This document shows positions 48,046 to 58,924 of a stretch of 64,000 nucleotides of DNA, piece by piece. The notes below the pieces were generated by a model, which saw only the letters and a program-made list of their open reading frames with translations, ran no database searches and was not told the DNA's origin. Source of the DNA: Pseudomonadota bacterium (GTDB lineage Bacteria > Pseudomonadota > Gammaproteobacteria > JAKAQQ01); contig DAHVLZ010000019.1 in assembly GCA_027320085.1 (NCBI GenBank), positions 87,912 to 151,911 of the forward strand, written 5' to 3'. The translations under genes and the position numbers were made by a program. The stretch's first letter is position 1. Every line of letters begins with the position of its first letter.

Positions 48046-48654
48046 GTGCAGCCAGAACCCGGATTGTATGTACCCGTACCCGAAGCCGTGGTCGCCCGCT
48101 TCCGGGCGCTTCTGGACGAGGCGGAGCAAACCGGGATCCCGGAGGCGTCGGCCATGTCGCTGGCCACCGCCACCCCCACCGGCCAGCTCTCGGTTCGTAC
48201 GGTTCTGCTCAAGTCCTGGAATGTCCACGGGATCAGTTTTTATACCAACCTGAACAGTCGCAAGGCACAGCAGCTCGCCTCCCATCCGCGGGCTGCGGTG
48301 TGTTTTTACTGGCGGCCCCTGTGGCGGCAGGTTCTCATGGAAGGCGGGGTGGAACGGCAGGCGGACCCGGAAGATGATGCCTATTGGGAGACGCGACCCC
48401 GCGAACACCAGCTGGGCGCCTGGAGTTCCAACCAGTCGCAGCCCCTGCCCAGCGGGGATTTTCTGGAATCCGAGTACCGGCGTTATGAGCAGCTTTTCGC
48501 GGATCGGCCCGTTCCCCGACCGCCTTTCTGGGGCGGCTTCCGCTTTCATCCCGACCTCATCGAATTCTGGCACGGGCGGCCGGGACGCCTCCATGAGCGG
48601 GACCGGTATACCGTGGTCGAGGGTTCTTGGAATCACCAGCTTTACTTTCCCTGA
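48046..48654 (+). CDS. pdxH: Pyridoxamine 5'-phosphate oxidase.
   Basis: LATATPTGQLSVRTVLLK...FYTNLNSRKAQQL...WRQVLMEG and a C-terminal FWHGRPGRLHERDRYT fit PdxH. Confidence 0.85.
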   Translation: MQPEPGLYVPVPEAVVARFRALLDEAEQTGIPEASAMSLATATPTGQLSVRTVLLKSWNVHGISFYTNLNSRKAQQLASHPRAAVCFYWRPLWRQVLMEGGVERQADPEDDAYWETRPREHQLGAWSSNQSQPLPSGDFLESEYRRYEQLFADRPVPRPPFWGGFRFHPDLIEFWHGRPGRLHERDRYTVVEGSWNHQLYFP

Positions 48655-48767
48655 CCCGTCCGGGGGGATCGTCCGGCTGAGGCAGCCCGCCCGCCCGCCC
48701 GGTTTCCCGTCCCCCTGAATCCAATTTGCGCTGCTGTTCCTCCCGTTTGCTGCCTTGGAGACATTGC

Positions 48768-49832
48768 ATGCCCACCCATCTCTTCTCTCCCTTAAAGATC
48801 CGGGAAGCGCATTTCCGTAACCGGATCTTTGTCTCTCCCATGTGTCAGTATTCGGCACGTGAGGGTCTGGCGCAAACCTGGCATCTCGTGCATCTGGGAT
48901 CCAGGGCGGTGGGCGGAGCCGGGCTCGTCTCGACGGAAGCCACGGCGGTCTGCCCGGAGGGGCGCATCTCCCCCGGGGACACCGGGCTCTGGAACGATGC
49001 CCAACTTCACGCCTGGGCCCCGATCGCCGCCTTCATCCGTGAACAGGGTGCGGTTCCCGCCATCCAGCTGGCCCATGCCGGACGCAAGGCGTCGACCGGC
49101 ATTCCCTGGCTCGGGGGACAGCCTCTCGACTCCGGCCAGGGGGGATGGACCGTGTCCGCGCCTTCCCCGCTGCCCTTCGATACCGGCTATCCGGTCCCCC
49201 ACGAACTGGATCCGGGAGAGATCCAGGAGATCGTCCATGCCTTTGCCGAAGCGGCCAGGCGTGCTCTGAAGGCCGGCTTCGAGGCGGTCGAACTCCATTT
49301 TGCCCATGGCTATCTGGCCCACGAGTTTCTTTCACCGCTCAGCAATCACCGGAAGGACGACTACGGCGGATCACTCGAAAACCGCATGCGTTTTCCGCTT
49401 GAGGTAGCCGACTCGGTCCGAGCCGTCTGGCCCGCTTCCCACCCGCTTTTGGTCCGGCTTTCGGTGACCGACTGGGTGCCGGGCGGATGGGATCTCCCCT
49501 CGTCCATCACGCTGTCCCGGGAACTCAAACGGGTGGGTGTGGATTTGATCGACTGCTCGAGCGGGGGCAATGTCCCGCGGGCCGAGATTCCCCTGGGTCC
49601 CGGCTACCAGACGGTCTTTGCCGAGGCGATCCGCCGTGAGACCGGGGTGCTCACGGGGGCAGTCGGACTCATCACGGAGCCCGTTCAGGCGGAACATCTG
49701 CTCGGCACGGGGCAGGCCGACGTGGTTTTCCTCGCCCGGGCCGAGCTGCGTGACCCGTATTGGCCGCTTGCGGCGGCGCGTCATCTCGGGGTCGAAATCG
49801 ACTGGCCTCCTCCTTACCGGCGCGGGAAATGA
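48768..49832 (+). CDS. NADH:flavin oxidoreductase of the Old Yellow Enzyme family.
   Basis: ORF 48726..49832 trimmed to MPTHLFSPLKIREAHFRNRIFVSPMCQY, preceded by a GGAG ribosome-binding site. OYE motifs HLVHLGSRA and ELHFAHGYL are present. Confidence 0.8.
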   Translation: MPTHLFSPLKIREAHFRNRIFVSPMCQYSAREGLAQTWHLVHLGSRAVGGAGLVSTEATAVCPEGRISPGDTGLWNDAQLHAWAPIAAFIREQGAVPAIQLAHAGRKASTGIPWLGGQPLDSGQGGWTVSAPSPLPFDTGYPVPHELDPGEIQEIVHAFAEAARRALKAGFEAVELHFAHGYLAHEFLSPLSNHRKDDYGGSLENRMRFPLEVADSVRAVWPASHPLLVRLSVTDWVPGGWDLPSSITLSRELKRVGVDLIDCSSGGNVPRAEIPLGPGYQTVFAEAIRRETGVLTGAVGLITEPVQAEHLLGTGQADVVFLARAELRDPYWPLAAARHLGVEIDWPPPYRRGK

Positions 49833-50132
49833 CGGAAGTCTTGCCCGAGAGGACCCGGGGAAAATACCCTTGGGGAGGTTCGCCAGTGGACCTGCCCGAA
49901 TTGCGGAGCCATCCATGACCGGGGGGGACATGCGGCTGGGAATTCCCCGGCTGCTGGCTGGGCAGCCCATGCCCTCCTACAGCGAGTTCCACCGGAGGTG
50001 ACGCCTGTGAGGCGGCGGTGTTGGCCGGTGTCGCGGGACCCAGGTGAAACCGACCTCTATAAAGCAGGAAGCCAGCTTTTTGCAGCGGATCTTTGCGTTG
50101 TTGGGCGGCAGCGATCGCCCGGGGTGCACGAA

Positions 50133-51149
50133 TCAAGGAACCAGGACGACCTTGCCCGTATTCTTGCGTGACTCGATATAGGCGTGTGCGTTGCCCGCTT
50201 GTGCGAGCGGGAAAGTCCGATCCACATGGGGGCGCACCCACCCGGCATGCACACCGCCGATCAAGGTCCTCATCCAGGCCTCGATCTTTGGCACCTCGTG
50301 CCAGAGGTGCCCGAGATTAACCCCAAACACCGACCGGTTCCGATTCATCAATGCGACCGGGTTGAACCACGGCATGCCCAATCCCACCTTGAGCAGTTTC
50401 AGCGGACCCGGAAGCCTTGATTCGGTCATCATGGATGCACCGAATATCCCGAGCCTGCCCGTGTGGCGCAGGGCGCCATAGCTCCTCTTCCATTCCAATC
50501 CGCCCAGTGGGTCGGTAATGAGTTCGACGCCGCGCCCCTGCGTGAGCCTTGCCACCTCGCGCGTCCAGTCGAGCTCGATGTAGTCGATCGCCTCATGGAG
50601 GCCGCGTTGCTTGAGAAAACCATGCTTGCGGGCGCTCGCCGTACCGTAGATCGTGGCACCGATGTGGCGGGCGATATCGATCGCCGCCAGTCCAACTCCG
50701 CTGCCGGCATTATGGATAAGCACCGTCTCGTCGGGCTTCAGTGCACCCATCACGACCAGTAACTGCCAAGCCGTCAGGTAGTTGACTGGAATCGCCGCCG
50801 CCTCTTCAAAGCTTAATGCGGCAGGCTTCTCGAAGGTCTGGGTCGCGGGTACCACCACAGTGTCGGCATAGCCGCCAAAGCGTGTCAGCGCGAAAACCTC
50901 CTTGCCGATCCAGGCGTGATCCACATGTGGGCCGATGGCATCGACCATGCCAGAGACTTCGTAGCCAACCACGGCCGGAAGCTTTGGCGCGTCCGGATAG
51001 AGACCCCGGCGGGCCAGGAGGTCGGCAAAGTTGATGCCACAGGCCCTGACCCGGATGCGTAATTCCTCGGCCTGCGGTTGCAAGTCGGGAGCCTCGCGCA
51101 GCTTGAGCTTCTCCGGGCCTCCGGTGGCGATGATCCAGACCTGCTTCAT
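50133..51149 (-). CDS. Zinc-binding alcohol dehydrogenase-family quinone oxidoreductase (MDR superfamily).
   Basis: GYEVSGMV and the NAD(P) fold VLIHNAGSGVGLAAIDIA are present. Length is 338 aa. Confidence 0.75.
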   Translation of the reverse strand: MKQVWIIATGGPEKLKLREAPDLQPQAEELRIRVRACGINFADLLARRGLYPDAPKLPAVVGYEVSGMVDAIGPHVDHAWIGKEVFALTRFGGYADTVVVPATQTFEKPAALSFEEAAAIPVNYLTAWQLLVVMGALKPDETVLIHNAGSGVGLAAIDIARHIGATIYGTASARKHGFLKQRGLHEAIDYIELDWTREVARLTQGRGVELITDPLGGLEWKRSYGALRHTGRLGIFGASMMTESRLPGPLKLLKVGLGMPWFNPVALMNRNRSVFGVNLGHLWHEVPKIEAWMRTLIGGVHAGWVRPHVDRTFPLAQAGNAHAYIESRKNTGKVVLVP

Positions 51150-51525
51150 GGCGGGTATGCGGGTTCAGCCTTTGGCGGACCGCCCATTTTAGCCCGGAGT
51201 CCCTCCTTCGGCGCTGGGTGAATGTTTCACGGAGGGAGTTGATTTTTCCATGGCGGGAGTGACCGGAGAAAGCGCTTCTAGCAGGCTGGATGTCGTCATG
51301 GAATATGCGGGGGCTGGGCCATGAAGGACGAATCGGCGCGTGCCCGCCTTCTGTGATGTTGAGGGGCACATCCGCGAATTGCTCTTCGTTGGCGAAGATC
51401 CCTTCACTCCCCCGCCGATCACCACCGCGAACCCGGCTCGATAGGCGGCTCGGGCGCCTGCACCCGAGACGCCCGCAGTCCGCTGAATGGCCAGACAACT
51501 GCCCGAACCGAAGGGGGATTCCCGC

Positions 51526-53086
51526 CTAGGGGGTGGAACCCGCATCGTAGTCAACAGGGGTGGTCTGGTCCACACCCCGCGTGGCCGGCCAGCGGGACAA
51601 CAACAGGGTTCCCAGGATGGAGACGATGAAGTTGAGGAAAACGGCCACGATGGCGATGTAGACCGGGATGGACTCGGGTCCCCAGTGAAGGACCGTGACG
51701 GCGCTGGTGAAATGGTTGGCCATCATGAGACCGGTGCCCGCCACCATGCCGAGCATCCATCCCGCGATCAGGGCCCAGCGGTGGAACCAGCCCGTGTAAA
51801 GCCCGGCGGCGATACTGGGCAAGAGCTGGATGATCCAGATTCCGCCCAGTAACTGGAAGTCAATGGCGTAGTGGAATGGGATCGCGAGGACGAAAAGCAG
51901 GGCCCCGGCCTTGATCAGGAGCGAACTCCATTTCGCGACCCGGGTTTCGGTGGCAGGTGTGGCATCCGGGTTGACGAAGGCCCGGTAGAGATTGCGCGTG
52001 AACAGGTTGGCGGCGGCAATCGACATGATGGCGGCCGGGACGAGCGCTCCGATGGCGATGGCGGCGAGTGCCACAGCGGCGAACCAGGAGGGGAAGTTGG
52101 TGAGCAGGAGGGCGGGGACGGCAAAGTTGGTGCCATAGCGGTGAAAGGCCGGGGCGAAGGCCGCCCGGGTGAGCGCCTTCCGGTCGGCCATGGCCATGAA
52201 CCCGAGCAAGCTGAGCAAGCCGAGAATGAAGCTGTAAGCCGGCAGGTACGTCATGTTGCGGCGGATCACGTCGGGATTTTTCGCGCCGAGCACCCCGGTG
52301 GTCGCATGGGGGTAGAGAAAGAGGGCGAGTGCGGATCCCAGGGCGAGTGTGATGAACGCACTGTCCGGACCCAGGGAATGGGCCGCGGGGGGTTCGAGGA
52401 GCAACCGGCCCGGAGGGACGGATGCGAAGATCTTTCCGTAGCCCCCAAGATGCATGGGGATGATCACGATGCAGGCGATTGCCGTGATGTAGATGAGGGC
52501 ATCCTTGACGACGGCGATCAGCGCAGGGGCCCGGAGACCGCTCGTGAACGTATAGGCGGCCAGCAAACCGAAGGCAATGATCAATGGAAAATCGGCCCAG
52601 GGCCCGTGCAGGGGGAAGCCCAGGGCAGCCAGGACGACCTCGAGACCGATCAGCTGGAGCGCAATGTAGGGCAGGGTCGCGAGGATGCCCGTCACGGCGA
52701 CGAGCAAGGCCAAGGTCCGACTGCCGTAACGTCCCTCCACGAAATCCGCCGTCGTGACGTAGCCGTGACGGTGGCTGACCTGCCAGAGTCGGGGCAGGGC
52801 GACCAGGGCGAGGGGAAAGGCCATGATGGTGTAGGGAAGGGCGAAATAGCCCAAGGCGCCGGTCCCGAAGATCAGGGCGGGTACGGCTATGAAGGTATAG
52901 GCCGTGTAGAGGTCTCCGCCAAGCAGGAACCAGGTCAGCCAGCCCCCGAGACGGCGGCCGGCCAGCCCCCATTCCTCGAGCCGGTTCAGGGGGGCGGCTC
53001 GCCACCGCGCAGCCAGAAAACCGAGAACGGTGACCAGGACGAAGAGGCCAATGAAGATGAGGAGCGGAACCGGCGCTGGGCTCATC
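51526..53086 (-). CDS. Sodium:solute symporter family transporter.
   Basis: ORF 51526..53238 trimmed to MSPAPVPLLIFIGLFVLV. The longer form overlaps the upstream GT2 gene. About 13 transmembrane segments are predicted. The ATGA overlap with the upstream gene suggests translational coupling. Confidence 0.7.
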
Positions 53087-54110
53087 GCGAATCTTTCTTC
53101 CGGGATCGGGGCTTCCGGGTCAGGTAGGTCACGAGCCCGTTGAAGAGACCGGAGAGGGGAACCCAGGCGAGCAGGTAGGTATAAAAGAAGGGAATGCCCC
53201 AGAGGGTGGGGTGACGGTGATTGAACACCGGAATCCACAGGCTGGCCAGCATGGGGACGAGGAGCAGGAGGGCCCAGTATCCCCGCCGTGACCGGCTGAC
53301 GTCGTTGCTCCCGTCTCCCGGGGAGGGAGGGGTGACTCCCGCTTCGATGCCTCCCGGCCGGGGAGGATCCGGTGGCCGTTTCGGCGGCCGGAAAAAAAAC
53401 CGGAACCGGGCCCCGATGGCCAGGCCGATGGCGAGGCTGTCCCAGACCGGACGAAAGTAACTGGGCCGGGCGTCCCGGGGATAGCGGCCGGAGACTCGGA
53501 CTCCGGTCATGGGGATTCCGAGCCGTCCCAGCATGATCAGGACCTCACTCTCGAAAGGGAAGCCCCGGGCATGAGGGGGATGGTCTGTGATGGCGGAAAC
53601 CGCCCCTGCCGGGTAAACCCGGAAACCCGACTGCGTATCCTCGAGCGGGAGACCGGCCAGTCGTGAAATGAAGAAGTCGGCCACCTGGTTGGCCCCGGCG
53701 CGGATTCTTGGAGCCGACGCCTTGTCCCGCGTGCCGAGGATCAGGGCGCGGGGGTTGCGGGTCGCAACCGCCAAAAGGCGCGGGATTTCCCCCGGATCAT
53801 GCTGGCCGTCCCCGTCTACGGTGACCACCCATCGGTAGCCCTGCTCGTGGGCGAACTCGAAGCCGGTCAGGAGTGCGGCCCCCTTCCCCAACCGTCGGGC
53901 GTGCCGGATCACCCGGGCTCCGTGCGTCGTGGCGATTTGCGCCGAGCCGTCCTGTGATCCGTCGTCGACCACGAGGCAGGGATGGCCCAGGGCCGAAATC
54001 CGGTCCAGGAGTGCAGCCAGGGTCCGGCTCTCGTCCAATGCCGGGACGAGCACCAGAACGGCCGGGCCTGTCACGCCTGGGGTTGCCACGGTCGGGTGGG
54101 GGCTGCTCAT
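53082..54110 (-). CDS. Family 2 glycosyltransferase with a C-terminal membrane anchor.
   Basis: VVDDGSQDGS...VVTVDGDGQHDP is a GT2 DxD pattern. Hydrophobic helices lie at the C-terminus. Confidence 0.75.
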   Translation of the reverse strand: MSSPHPTVATPGVTGPAVLVLVPALDESRTLAALLDRISALGHPCLVVDDGSQDGSAQIATTHGARVIRHARRLGKGAALLTGFEFAHEQGYRWVVTVDGDGQHDPGEIPRLLAVATRNPRALILGTRDKASAPRIRAGANQVADFFISRLAGLPLEDTQSGFRVYPAGAVSAITDHPPHARGFPFESEVLIMLGRLGIPMTGVRVSGRYPRDARPSYFRPVWDSLAIGLAIGARFRFFFRPPKRPPDPPRPGGIEAGVTPPSPGDGSNDVSRSRRGYWALLLLVPMLASLWIPVFNHRHPTLWGIPFFYTYLLAWVPLSGLFNGLVTYLTRKPRSRKKDSR

Positions 54111-54883
54111 GCCGGGGAAGGTCCGTCGGGGGACGACAGGTGAAGGGTGAGATAGTGCTCCGCCGAAAGCGGAAACGTCCCCTCCAACAGGGTGGTCCCG
54201 GTGAGTTTGCCGGTACCCGAAAACGGACCAGGATAGGGGGGGGCTCCCGGATCCGGGATTTCACGCATGCGGCCCGTTTCGATTTCGAAGCTGAGACATG
54301 GCCCGGGGCCGGATTCCGAACCACCAGCACGATCCTGCGATCCGAGGATGAAAGCCACCGCCCGGGCTGGGGGCGATCCATAGATCAACCGGAAGCGATC
54401 GGGGACCGTCATCTCGTAATAAATGTAGAGCACCGGCGTTTCGGGTTCAGTCTGGATTTGTCCAAGGGCGGTGAGAAAGCCCATCGCAAAGGAAAAGGGG
54501 CCTGCGGCGACGGCGCGGCACGGATTCCGGGATTGTCCCGCGATGGACCAGTAGCCCGCCGCCGTATTGTGCACGGAGTTGTGGAAGAGAACCGGGGACA
54601 GCGCCAAGGGTTGTTCCGCGAGAACGCGGCAAATCTGGTCGGTGATCTCGAGTTCACCGAGTGCCGAGGAGAAAACGCAGGCCAGCGTCTGGGAAGGACA
54701 CCGGGCATTCTCCAAGGCCTGTTCGGCCGCAAGTCCGCACAGCCGGGCGGCGCGGGTGGCGTGACGGAGCGAGGCGCGTGTGAAGCTCACCGGTTCCTCG
54801 ATCTCCGCCCCCTCCGTCCGCCCATCGGGCTGTTCGCAATCCGTGATAGACCCCCAGCCGAAAAGCCGGACCTGTTCCTTCAT
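54107..54883 (-). CDS. Beta-ketoacyl synthase N-terminal-domain protein, a chain-length-factor-like partner of the adjacent KS.
   Basis: MKEQVRLFGWGSIT...FHNSVHNTAAGYWSIA. It has no active-site Cys context and overlaps the KS gene by 4 nt. Confidence 0.6.
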   Translation of the reverse strand: MKEQVRLFGWGSITDCEQPDGRTEGAEIEEPVSFTRASLRHATRAARLCGLAAEQALENARCPSQTLACVFSSALGELEITDQICRVLAEQPLALSPVLFHNSVHNTAAGYWSIAGQSRNPCRAVAAGPFSFAMGFLTALGQIQTEPETPVLYIYYEMTVPDRFRLIYGSPPARAVAFILGSQDRAGGSESGPGPCLSFEIETGRMREIPDPGAPPYPGPFSGTGKLTGTTLLEGTFPLSAEHYLTLHLSSPDGPSPA

Positions 54884-56038
54884 GGGCCGGCTCCCGCGAA
54901 GATGAGCGCACAGTTGTTGCCTCCGAAGCCGAAGGCGTTGGTCAGGATGTAGTTCGGCCGGGTCCGCTCCGCTTCGAGGAGGATCCGGCTTCTCAAGCCG
55001 GGATCGGGCTCCTCGGTATTCAGCGTTCGGGGCAGGAGACCGCTTTCGAGGGTGAGGAGGGAGATGAGTGCGCCCAGCATGCCCGCGGCACCCAGGGTGT
55101 GGCCGGTCCAGCCCTTGGTCGAACTGACCGGGATTTCCGGCGGGAAAAGATGGCTGATGGCCCGATCCTCGGAGAGGTCGTTGAGCCGGGTTCCCGTGCC
55201 ATGGGCGTGGATGTACCCGATGTCTGACGGACGGATCCCTGCCCGGGTCAGGGCACGGGACATGGCCAAGCGGGCGCCTTCCCCATCCGGATGAGGGGCC
55301 GTGATGTGATAGGCGTCCGCGCTTTCCCCGTAGCCGGCCAGTCGCCAGGGTCCCGGCCGGTTCGAAACCAGCATCAACACAGCCGCCTCGCCCAGGTTGA
55401 TCCCTGCCCGCCTTCGATCAAAGGGCCGGCAGGGGGTCGGAGCGACGAGGTTCAGCGAGCGGAAGCCGAACAGGGTGGTCATGCACAGGCTGTCAATCCC
55501 GGCCACGACCGCCGCATCGATCCATTTCCGTTCCATCCACTGATGGGCCAGCACGAGCGACTGGGCGCTCGACGAGCAGGCGGAGGAGACCGTGAGTGCC
55601 GGGCCCGAGAGCTGCAAGCGCTGCTTCAGATAGTTCGCGGTTGCATGGAGTTCGAAGGTTTTCTCGAGCCGGTCCGAGAAATCAAAGGGTTCGCTGCGCT
55701 TCCGGCAATAGGCGTCCTCGAGGCTTGCGATCCCCGAGGAGCTCGTGCCCACGATCAGTCCGATCCGCGAGGTGCCGAACTGGTCGGCGGCCGCTTTCAC
55801 GGCGGATTCGAAGTGATCGGCCCTGATGGCGTGTTCGGCCAGACGGTTGTTCCGGCAGTCGAAGGTCTGCAAATCATCCGGCAGCCGGACCGTGTCGAGT
55901 CCGGCAACGGTCCCGACATAGGTGGGAAGGGGGCCGGGCCAGGGGCTCAGGCCGGATTGTTCCTCGAAGAAAGCCCGTTGGAGTTCCCGGCAACCCGCCC
56001 CACAACTGGCGGTCGCTGAACAGGCCTGGATATAGAGC
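54880..56038 (-). CDS. Beta-ketoacyl-ACP synthase (FabF/KAS II-like).
   Basis: ORF 54880..56658 trimmed to MLYIQACSAT. The longer form overlaps the MMPL gene. The active-site Cys lies in TVSSACSSSAQSL. HAHGTGT and NAFGFGGNN are also present. Confidence 0.8.
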
Positions 56039-56042
56039 ATGA

Positions 56043-58331
56043 TCAGGGCACAGCCCGCCCTGATGAGGGGCGGGTGGCGAGTGAGAAAGCGACTGCCGTA
56101 TCGAGGAGGACGCCCAGGCAGACGGTGAATCCGATGGTCGTGAGCATGGGAACACCGCTCAGGATCAGCGGAAGAAACACGGCCAGCACGATAAGCATAC
56201 TGATCAGGATGACGTCTCGTGTCGTCTGCCCGAGCGGACTTCTCGGAACCGAAAGGAAGATACTGTAATCGAGACCGAGGCCGAACACGAGAAAGAGTCC
56301 GATCAGCATGTCGAGGTCCGGGCGGATTCCTGCCGTATTGAGAAGTGCCAGGGTTGTCGAGACGCCCAAGACCGGTGTGGCGACGAGAAGGAGTGTCCGT
56401 CTGGCCGACCGGGTGAACGCGCCCAGAAACAGGACCACGAGGCTCAGGACGGCCATCCCGATTTCCACCAGCCGGGAGGCCAGATCCTGCTGCAAGTGGG
56501 ACAAGGCTCGGGACAAGTGGATGCGGTGGAGATGCGGGATCGGGTGTTTTTTCAAGAAACGGCTGAGCCTCGGATCCGAGGTCGGGGATCCCAGCGGAAC
56601 CCAGGATGCCCAGCGGTGACCGAGACGAAGGAGTTCGCTTTGCACCAGAAACCGCCATCGCGTCTTGAGCAGTCGCGGCAGGTTCAGGACGGGCAGCTTC
56701 CGGCTTTGTGCAAGTGCGTGGGAAAAGGGTGAAAAGAAGGCGGGGGTGAAAGGCAGGCCCCGGATGGCGTGCTCCAGTCTCCGGTGGAGCAAGGCGGGGT
56801 TTGGGATGACCCGCTCACGCCGGATCTGTAGCGAGGGGGGAGGCAGGAAACGGGTGACCGTGAGAAAACGCAGCTTCGCACCCTCCCGTCGCTGCTCCTC
56901 CAGCAGGTCTTGAAGCGCCTGGGTGCGGTCCAGGACGGTCTCCAGGTGGGCTCCCGTCACGACGAGGTAATGGTTGATCTGTGGGGTCCCCATGGCACGG
57001 CGCAGCTCTTGGGTTGTGCGCATCAACGCCTTGGGAAGTCCGGATTGGGACAAGGATCCGGCTCGCCAATGCAGTGGATGGACAAGGAGGAGGACCCCGC
57101 CGAGTCCAGCCAAGAGAAGGGCAAAACCGGGATGTCCGCGGGGCATCGGGCTCCCGCTTCCGGCCGGGTCCCGGCGAAGCGTCCGGACAGGCACGGGTCC
57201 CAGGGCGACCGTGATCAATCCGCCGCCGATCAACCCGATTGCACCTAGGGCCCCGATCTGGACCAGGTCCGGGACTCCGGCCGACAGGAATCCCAGGTAT
57301 CCCACGCCGGAGGCAACGGCCGCTGTGAGGACGGTTCGGCGATGATCGGCCAAGGATTCCGGATGGAGACGGGCGTGTGTCCAGAAATAGAGCGGGTGAT
57401 CCACCACCATCCCGATGACCACGCCGGCACAGGCGAGCGAGAGCGCATTCAGGCTGCCGAAGATCCATCCGGCGGCCAGGAGGGCAAAGGCCACGGCGAG
57501 GGCTGGAATGGCAAACAGGAGGAGTGCGGTCTTGATGCTCCGGAAGAGGAGACCCAGCCCGATCAGGAGCAAGAGCGTGCTCGTGATCGCGAGTTCGGCC
57601 ATCCGGGTATGGATACGCCGTGACAGGGCGGTTGCGATCGGGGCCACGCCACCGATCCGGAGGTGGGTCAGGTCGAGTCCGGCCTGGCGGGTTTCCTGCC
57701 GGATGGCGCGGAGTGCCCGGGTATCGTGGGACAGATCCCAGCCGGAATGCACAAGCACTGCGGCCAGAAGTGCCATGGACGGATGGCGTACGAACCAGAC
57801 GCCATGGCGTTCGGGTGGCTCAGGCAGGAGGTGGATCTGTCGCAGCCAGCCGGTCCAGGCACCGGTCGGATCACGACGTAACAGATCCGCGAATTGGGGA
57901 CCCGCCGGTCCGGCCAGAGTTCCCAGATCTTCCAGAAAAGCCCGGTGGAGCCCGGCCGTAGACCATGGCCGCCCCCTGCCGGGTGGATGAACGAGCAGAT
58001 AGCGGTAACGGAAAAGGATTTCATGCCGCAGGGAGGATGAGGAGAAGGCTTTGGGTGCGGGCGAATGGTCGAGCACCGCGGCAAACTCCGGATTGCGGGA
58101 CAACTCGCCCTGCAACGCACGGGAAGCCTGGACCAGCTGCCTGACCGGTGCACCCGTGAGCCCGATGAGAATCATGTGGTTGTCGAGGCCGTGCTTGACT
58201 TGACTCAGGATCAGCCGGGTCCGGGTTCCGGACGCTTCCGGCAGAAAGCCGCTCAGGCGATTGACCGGATGGGGGGGATCGAGCAGGAGGCCGAGGGCCA
58301 GCAGGACGCCCCCGCCTAAAATCAGAATCCT
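56043..58331 (-). CDS. MMPL/RND-family predicted lipid exporter.
   Basis: ORF 56043..58382 trimmed to MSKRRILILGGGVLLALGLLL. Two 6-transmembrane bundles are separated by soluble loops. Length is about 760 aa. Confidence 0.7.
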   Translation of the reverse strand, partial: RILILGGGVLLALGLLLDPPHPVNRLSGFLPEASGTRTRLILSQVKHGLDNHMILIGLTGAPVRQLVQASRALQGELSRNPEFAAVLDHSPAPKAFSSSSLRHEILFRYRYLLVHPPGRGRPWSTAGLHRAFLEDLGTLAGPAGPQFADLLRRDPTGAWTGWLRQIHLLPEPPERHGVWFVRHPSMALLAAVLVHSGWDLSHDTRALRAIRQETRQAGLDLTHLRIGGVAPIATALSRRIHTRMAELAITSTLLLLIGLGLLFRSIKTALLLFAIPALAVAFALLAAGWIFGSLNALSLACAGVVIGMVVDHPLYFWTHARLHPESLADHRRTVLTAAVASGVGYLGFLSAGVPDLVQIGALGAIGLIGGGLITVALGPVPVRTLRRDPAGSGSPMPRGHPGFALLLAGLGGVLLLVHPLHWRAGSLSQSGLPKALMRTTQELRRAMGTPQINHYLVVTGAHLETVLDRTQALQDLLEEQRREGAKLRFLTVTRFLPPPSLQIRRERVIPNPALLHRRLEHAIRGLPFTPAFFSPFSHALAQSRKLPVLNLPRLLKTRWRFLVQSELLRLGHRWASWVPLGSPTSDPRLSRFLKKHPIPHLHRIHLSRALSHLQQDLASRLVEIGMAVLSLVVLFLGAFTRSARRTLLLVATPVLGVSTTLALLNTAGIRPDLDMLIGLFLVFGLGLDYSIFLSVPRSPLGQTTRDVILISMLIVLAVFLPLILSGVPMLTTIGFTVCLGVLLDTAVAFSLATRPSSGRAVP

Positions 58332-58924
58332 TCTTTTTGACATGTGCGCCAGGAAACTGGGGTCAGTCGGTAGTGCGACCAATCCCCGTTCGGGTAGAGG
58401 AGGGTCAAGTCCCGGAGCGTCGGTCCACGGCCCCGGAGCACGAGGGACCGGAGGCTACGAGTTCCGGCGTCACGGCGCGGGCTGAGCGTGAGGATCCACT
58501 CCGGCGGCTTGACCCGTTGGGCCACGTGGAAGAGCTGGTGGAGTGTTTGGGGCTGACCGGAGAGAAGCGACTCCAGGGTTTGGGCCAGCATTCGAAGATC
58601 AGGAACGAGCGCCAGGGCAATCGTTCGTCGCTGTCCCCGCGCGTTGATGCTCCAGGCTTCCTTGCGGTTCATCCCGTATTGTTTCCGGACGGGGGTGAGC
58701 ATGATGTCAGACAGATGATCCGGACGCTGATAACACCAGAATCCGCTCGCCCGGAGCTTCCCGTAGAGTACGCCGACATGTTCGGTTTCCCGATAGGCCA
58801 CGGCAGCCTGTGTTTTTTTTGCAAACGACTTGAGGATGGTCTGCCAGTTGGGGGGCATGGCCCGGGCCGTGCCGAGGGCGAGAAGCACGAGACCCGGGAT
58901 GAGGATAGGTCCGGCGCGTTTCAT
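58322..58924 (-). CDS. LolA-like outer-membrane lipoprotein carrier family protein.
   Basis: It is 200 aa with a signal peptide (MKRAGPILIPGLVLLALGTARA). It sits between the LPLAT and MMPL genes, as in aryl-polyene-type clusters. Confidence 0.5.
   Translation of the reverse strand: MKRAGPILIPGLVLLALGTARAMPPNWQTILKSFAKKTQAAVAYRETEHVGVLYGKLRASGFWCYQRPDHLSDIMLTPVRKQYGMNRKEAWSINARGQRRTIALALVPDLRMLAQTLESLLSGQPQTLHQLFHVAQRVKPPEWILTLSPRRDAGTRSLRSLVLRGRGPTLRDLTLLYPNGDWSHYRLTPVSWRTCQKEGF

Noticed and set aside
51871-53127. A 418-aa plus-strand ORF.
   Set aside because: It is antisense to the sodium:solute symporter gene.
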